From an uncultured archaeon (GTDB lineage: Archaea > Asgardarchaeota > Thorarchaeia > Thorarchaeales > CAZPUN01): a stretch of 9,913 bases of DNA. How positions within the stretch are numbered: the first letter of the stretch is position 1; each line of letters begins with the position of its first letter. The stretch spans positions 1 to 9,913 of the forward strand of contig CAZPUN010000014.1 in assembly GCA_964589775.1 (NCBI GenBank), given 5' to 3'. This document shows, in pieces, positions 8,901-9,913 of the stretch. Under the pieces are notes generated by a model. It was given only the letters and a program-made list of their open reading frames with translations. It ran no database searches and was not told the origin of the DNA. The translations under genes and the position numbers were made by a program.

Positions 8901-9125
8901 GTCCATAGCTTTATATCTGCAGACGAGGTCTTTCACGGTTCGCGTTAGAACATGTCCCGGGTGTGGCATTCCATTTGCAGTTGGTGGTCCTTCAAGAAAT
9001 ACAAATTTCTTAGCGTTCTTACGTAATTCTTGCTGTTTCCTGAAGGCCTCTGATTTCTTCCAGAATGCCATTACTTCTTCCTCTAATTTCGGGAAGTTAA
9101 CCGTTGGTTTGACGTCTTTAAACAT
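5991..9125 (-). CDS. ileS: Isoleucine--tRNA ligase, type 2 (IleRS2, archaeal/eukaryote-like clade)
   Basis: 1044 aa. EGPPTANGMPHPGH (HIGH motif), GWDTHGLPVE, editing domain WTTTPWTL and GTGIVHTAP, DWALSRERYWGTPLPIW, EGIDQTRGWFYSL, KMSKSKGN, LSNWYIRRSRRRFW. Four CxxC pairs; long C-terminus without the type-1 terminal Zn finger. Confidence 0.98.
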   Translation of the reverse strand: MFKDVKPTVNFPKLEEEVMAFWKKSEAFRKQQELRKNAKKFVFLEGPPTANGMPHPGHVLTRTVKDLVCRYKAMDGFYVPRKAGWDTHGLPVEIEVEKQLGINHKHEIEAFGIEKFNKMCKESVFKYKQAWVDMSERIGFWLDFDNPYITMDINYMESVWWSLKTLFDKGLLYKGHKIVWYCPRCGTPLSSHEVAQGYRAVKDPSLFVKFKVKGEENTYLLAWTTTPWTLLSNVALSVHPDIDYVLVEQKNEKYILAEARAEKVLGSNFKVLKKYKGKDLFGMEYEPLFSYVQVDKKGFYVVTADFVTIDEGTGIVHTAPAYGADDNEVGKKYDLPFIQLVDESGKVKDEVTDYKGLFFKDADKLIIRDLKKRGVVYKKELYEHDYPFCWRCDTPLLNFAREGWFIEMSSLKDNIMKINEKVNWYPETIKHGRFGNFLENLIDWALSRERYWGTPLPIWICEKCGHKLAVSGREDIRKHAIKEYKLDDLHKPYIDEVILKCPECGGNMKRVPELIDVWYDSGSAPFAQHHYPFENKELFEQNFPIDFISEGIDQTRGWFYSLMAISTALFNKPAYKNVVTLGLILDEKGRKMSKSKGNVIDTWKLFNRDGADSLRWYLITSTAPWDAMRFSEKALMEVRKKFMGTLWNTYTFFVTYANIDNFDPSKYKLKYKDRTELDRWLLSRINTLTAQVREFMENYQLHKAGRIIEKFVIDELSNWYIRRSRRRFWKEEMAQDKVSALLTTYEVLVQLIKLLAPFIPFTTEHMYQNLVKSVYKDAPESIHHNDYPKVNKKYIDKELEEKMGLAINVVEAGRAARFFGQTKARWPLRTLLVKMSETQAEEIEPLIDVIKEELNIKEIKFVDDISEYVSTEIKPNFATIGPKYRDLVGAIKKALTKANPDEVESKLRKEGKYVLKIKNKQVELTAEDIEIQKKPVEGYAYASKERIEVLLDTRLDDELKLEGLARDVIRRIQDMRKQLDLQYTQHIEVYYDGDEELEQAIDKMHDYIMKETLADVLQKGLKNKGMTKDWDIAKLKIKIEVVQK

Positions 9126-9131
9126 ACGAAG

Positions 9132-9138
9132 CCTCCTT
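9132..9138 (-). promoter_or_regulatory. Shine-Dalgarno site of ileS
   Basis: AAGGAGG on the - strand, 6 nt before ATG 9125. Confidence 0.85.
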
Positions 9139-9147
9139 TTTATTTGG

Positions 9148-9183
9148 GGAAGAGTCCAAGCAACGAAATCGCTTTTGCCTTCC
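9148..9183 (-). other. Stem-loop in the putative ileS 5' leader
   Basis: - strand GGAAGG-CAA-AAGCGA-TTTCG-TTGCTT-GGAC-TCTTCC: two 6-bp stems (one G-U pair each) separated by a 3x4 internal loop. Confidence 0.5.
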
Positions 9184-9208
9184 TTTTGATTTTTTCATAC
9201 CATTATTG

Positions 9209-9228
9209 AATTTAAAATTAATGCTTTT
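9209..9228 (-). promoter_or_regulatory. Putative archaeal-type promoter for ileS
   Basis: - strand AAAAGCATTAATTTTAAATT, same layout as the GH9 upstream element; would place the transcription start near 9187, just before the leader hairpin. Confidence 0.38.
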
Positions 9229-9376
9229 AGTAATTTTTTTTCACAATCTATTTTAAAATGCTTTAATTTTGCATGTTTTTTGAGATTAAAAGATTAATGA
9301 AATAGTGATGTATCTCAAAATTAGTGATCATATTACATTCTATAAAAATATGAATTGGGGAATATCAAATGACTGT

Positions 9377-9913
9377 TTAGACCTCGAATTTGTCGCCCCT
9401 TCTGCTGTCTAAAGCATTCGATATTATTATTCCCTTTTTATTTGCATACTCCAAAGCATTATCCTCTATGAATGGCGTTATGATCATAAGTTTTGGCTCG
9501 ATGTTGGTCGTCTTCTTATATAATACAGCTTTTCTCAATAGTGTAGCAACATCAGACTTGTTTATTGCCGATTTTATCTCAATTAAGACATGTATTCCAT
9601 CATGAATTAAAACATCAATTTCGATTCTTGATTTGTCTCCGAAAACAACTCCTTCTTCATCTGTTACTTCCCATTTTGAAACTTGAATACCGAAGAAATC
9701 ACCTAACAGGATGCGAACACCATTTCTGAAGGCTTCCTCTGAATCTATTCCCCATCTTGCACCCATAGCTGTTAGTTTCAAATTAAATCTAGTCTCAAAG
9801 TCATCTAAACGTTTTTCGAAGTTATCTAATCGTTGTGAAAAAGCTTCGAATTGCTTATTGAAGTCTTCTCGCATTTCCTCCATACGCTTTTCGAAGGCAT
9901 CCATACGCTTTTC
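9377..9913 (-). CDS. Coiled-coil + PD-(D/E)XK nuclease-fold protein (DUF3782/DUF1626-like), 5'-truncated by the window
   Basis: Frame is open to the window end (GAA AAG CGT before the ATG at 9904). Heptads EKRMDAF/EKRMEEM/EKRLDDF, then AMGARWGIDSEEAFRNG (family signature), then EIDV...IEIKS (PD-(D/E)XK core) and ITPFIE. Confidence 0.85.
   Translation of the reverse strand, partial: EKRMDAFEKRMEEMREDFNKQFEAFSQRLDNFEKRLDDFETRFNLKLTAMGARWGIDSEEAFRNGVRILLGDFFGIQVSKWEVTDEEGVVFGDKSRIEIDVLIHDGIHVLIEIKSAINKSDVATLLRKAVLYKKTTNIEPKLMIITPFIEDNALEYANKKGIIISNALDSRRGDKFEV
9797..9913 (-). repeat. Degenerate 21-bp coding tandem repeat (heptad coiled coil)
   Basis: Exact 14-mer tccatacgcttttc at 9879-9892 and 9900-9913 (period 21); diverged units at 9859-9839, 9838-9818 and 9817-9797. 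Confidence 0.8.

Noticed and set aside
6373-8948. Short ORFs nested in or antisense to ileS
   Set aside because: Shadows of a highly conserved gene; no independent evidence.
9148-9183. Resemblance of the ileS leader (GGCAAA...GGAC) to a c-di-GMP-I/GEMM riboswitch
   Set aside because: Lacks the GNRA tetraloop, the following GCAAAGC segment and the second hairpin.
9118-9198. 26-codon upstream ORF (MKKSKGRQKRFRCLDSSPNKKEASYV) overlapping the ileS start
   Set aside because: No SD, no Ile codons to act as an attenuator peptide, and its ATG probably lies upstream of the predicted transcription start.
9797-9913. Possible CRISPR array at the right edge
   Set aside because: 21-bp period, in-frame coding heptads and no unique spacers.
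2-9913. A single multi-gene system (solenoid sensor plus two nuclease-fold proteins) or a mobile element
   Set aside because: Genes are separated by 119-265 bp spacers with their own putative terminators, ileS and GH9 intervene, gene 1 is convergent, and no integrase, transposase or terminal repeats are visible. Conserved co-occurrence in other genomes would be needed.

Overview
Five protein-coding genes, two of them cut by the window edges, in what looks like an archaeal genome (inferred, not proven, from hairpin-less pyrimidine+T6 tracts after stop codons, TATA-like elements, a type-2 IleRS and a DUF3782/DUF1626-type gene). Left to right: (1) a very AT-rich + strand alpha-solenoid (TPR/HEAT-like) repeat protein whose frame is open to the left edge; (2) a - strand fusion of a Zn-dependent phospholipase C/P1-nuclease-fold domain, a very basic linker and a DUF4332-like double helix-hairpin-helix domain; (3) a membrane-anchored GH9 glycoside hydrolase with an N-terminal Ig-like domain; (4) ileS (type 2), preceded by a small stem-loop; (5) a coiled-coil + PD-(D/E)XK protein open to the right edge within a 21-bp repeat. 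No rRNA, tRNA, CRISPR array or transposase was seen. The genes look independently transcribed and I cannot support a multi-gene system. The strongest lead is gene 2 as a probable cytoplasmic nucleic-acid-acting enzyme. All family calls are by-eye motif recognition, not database searches.
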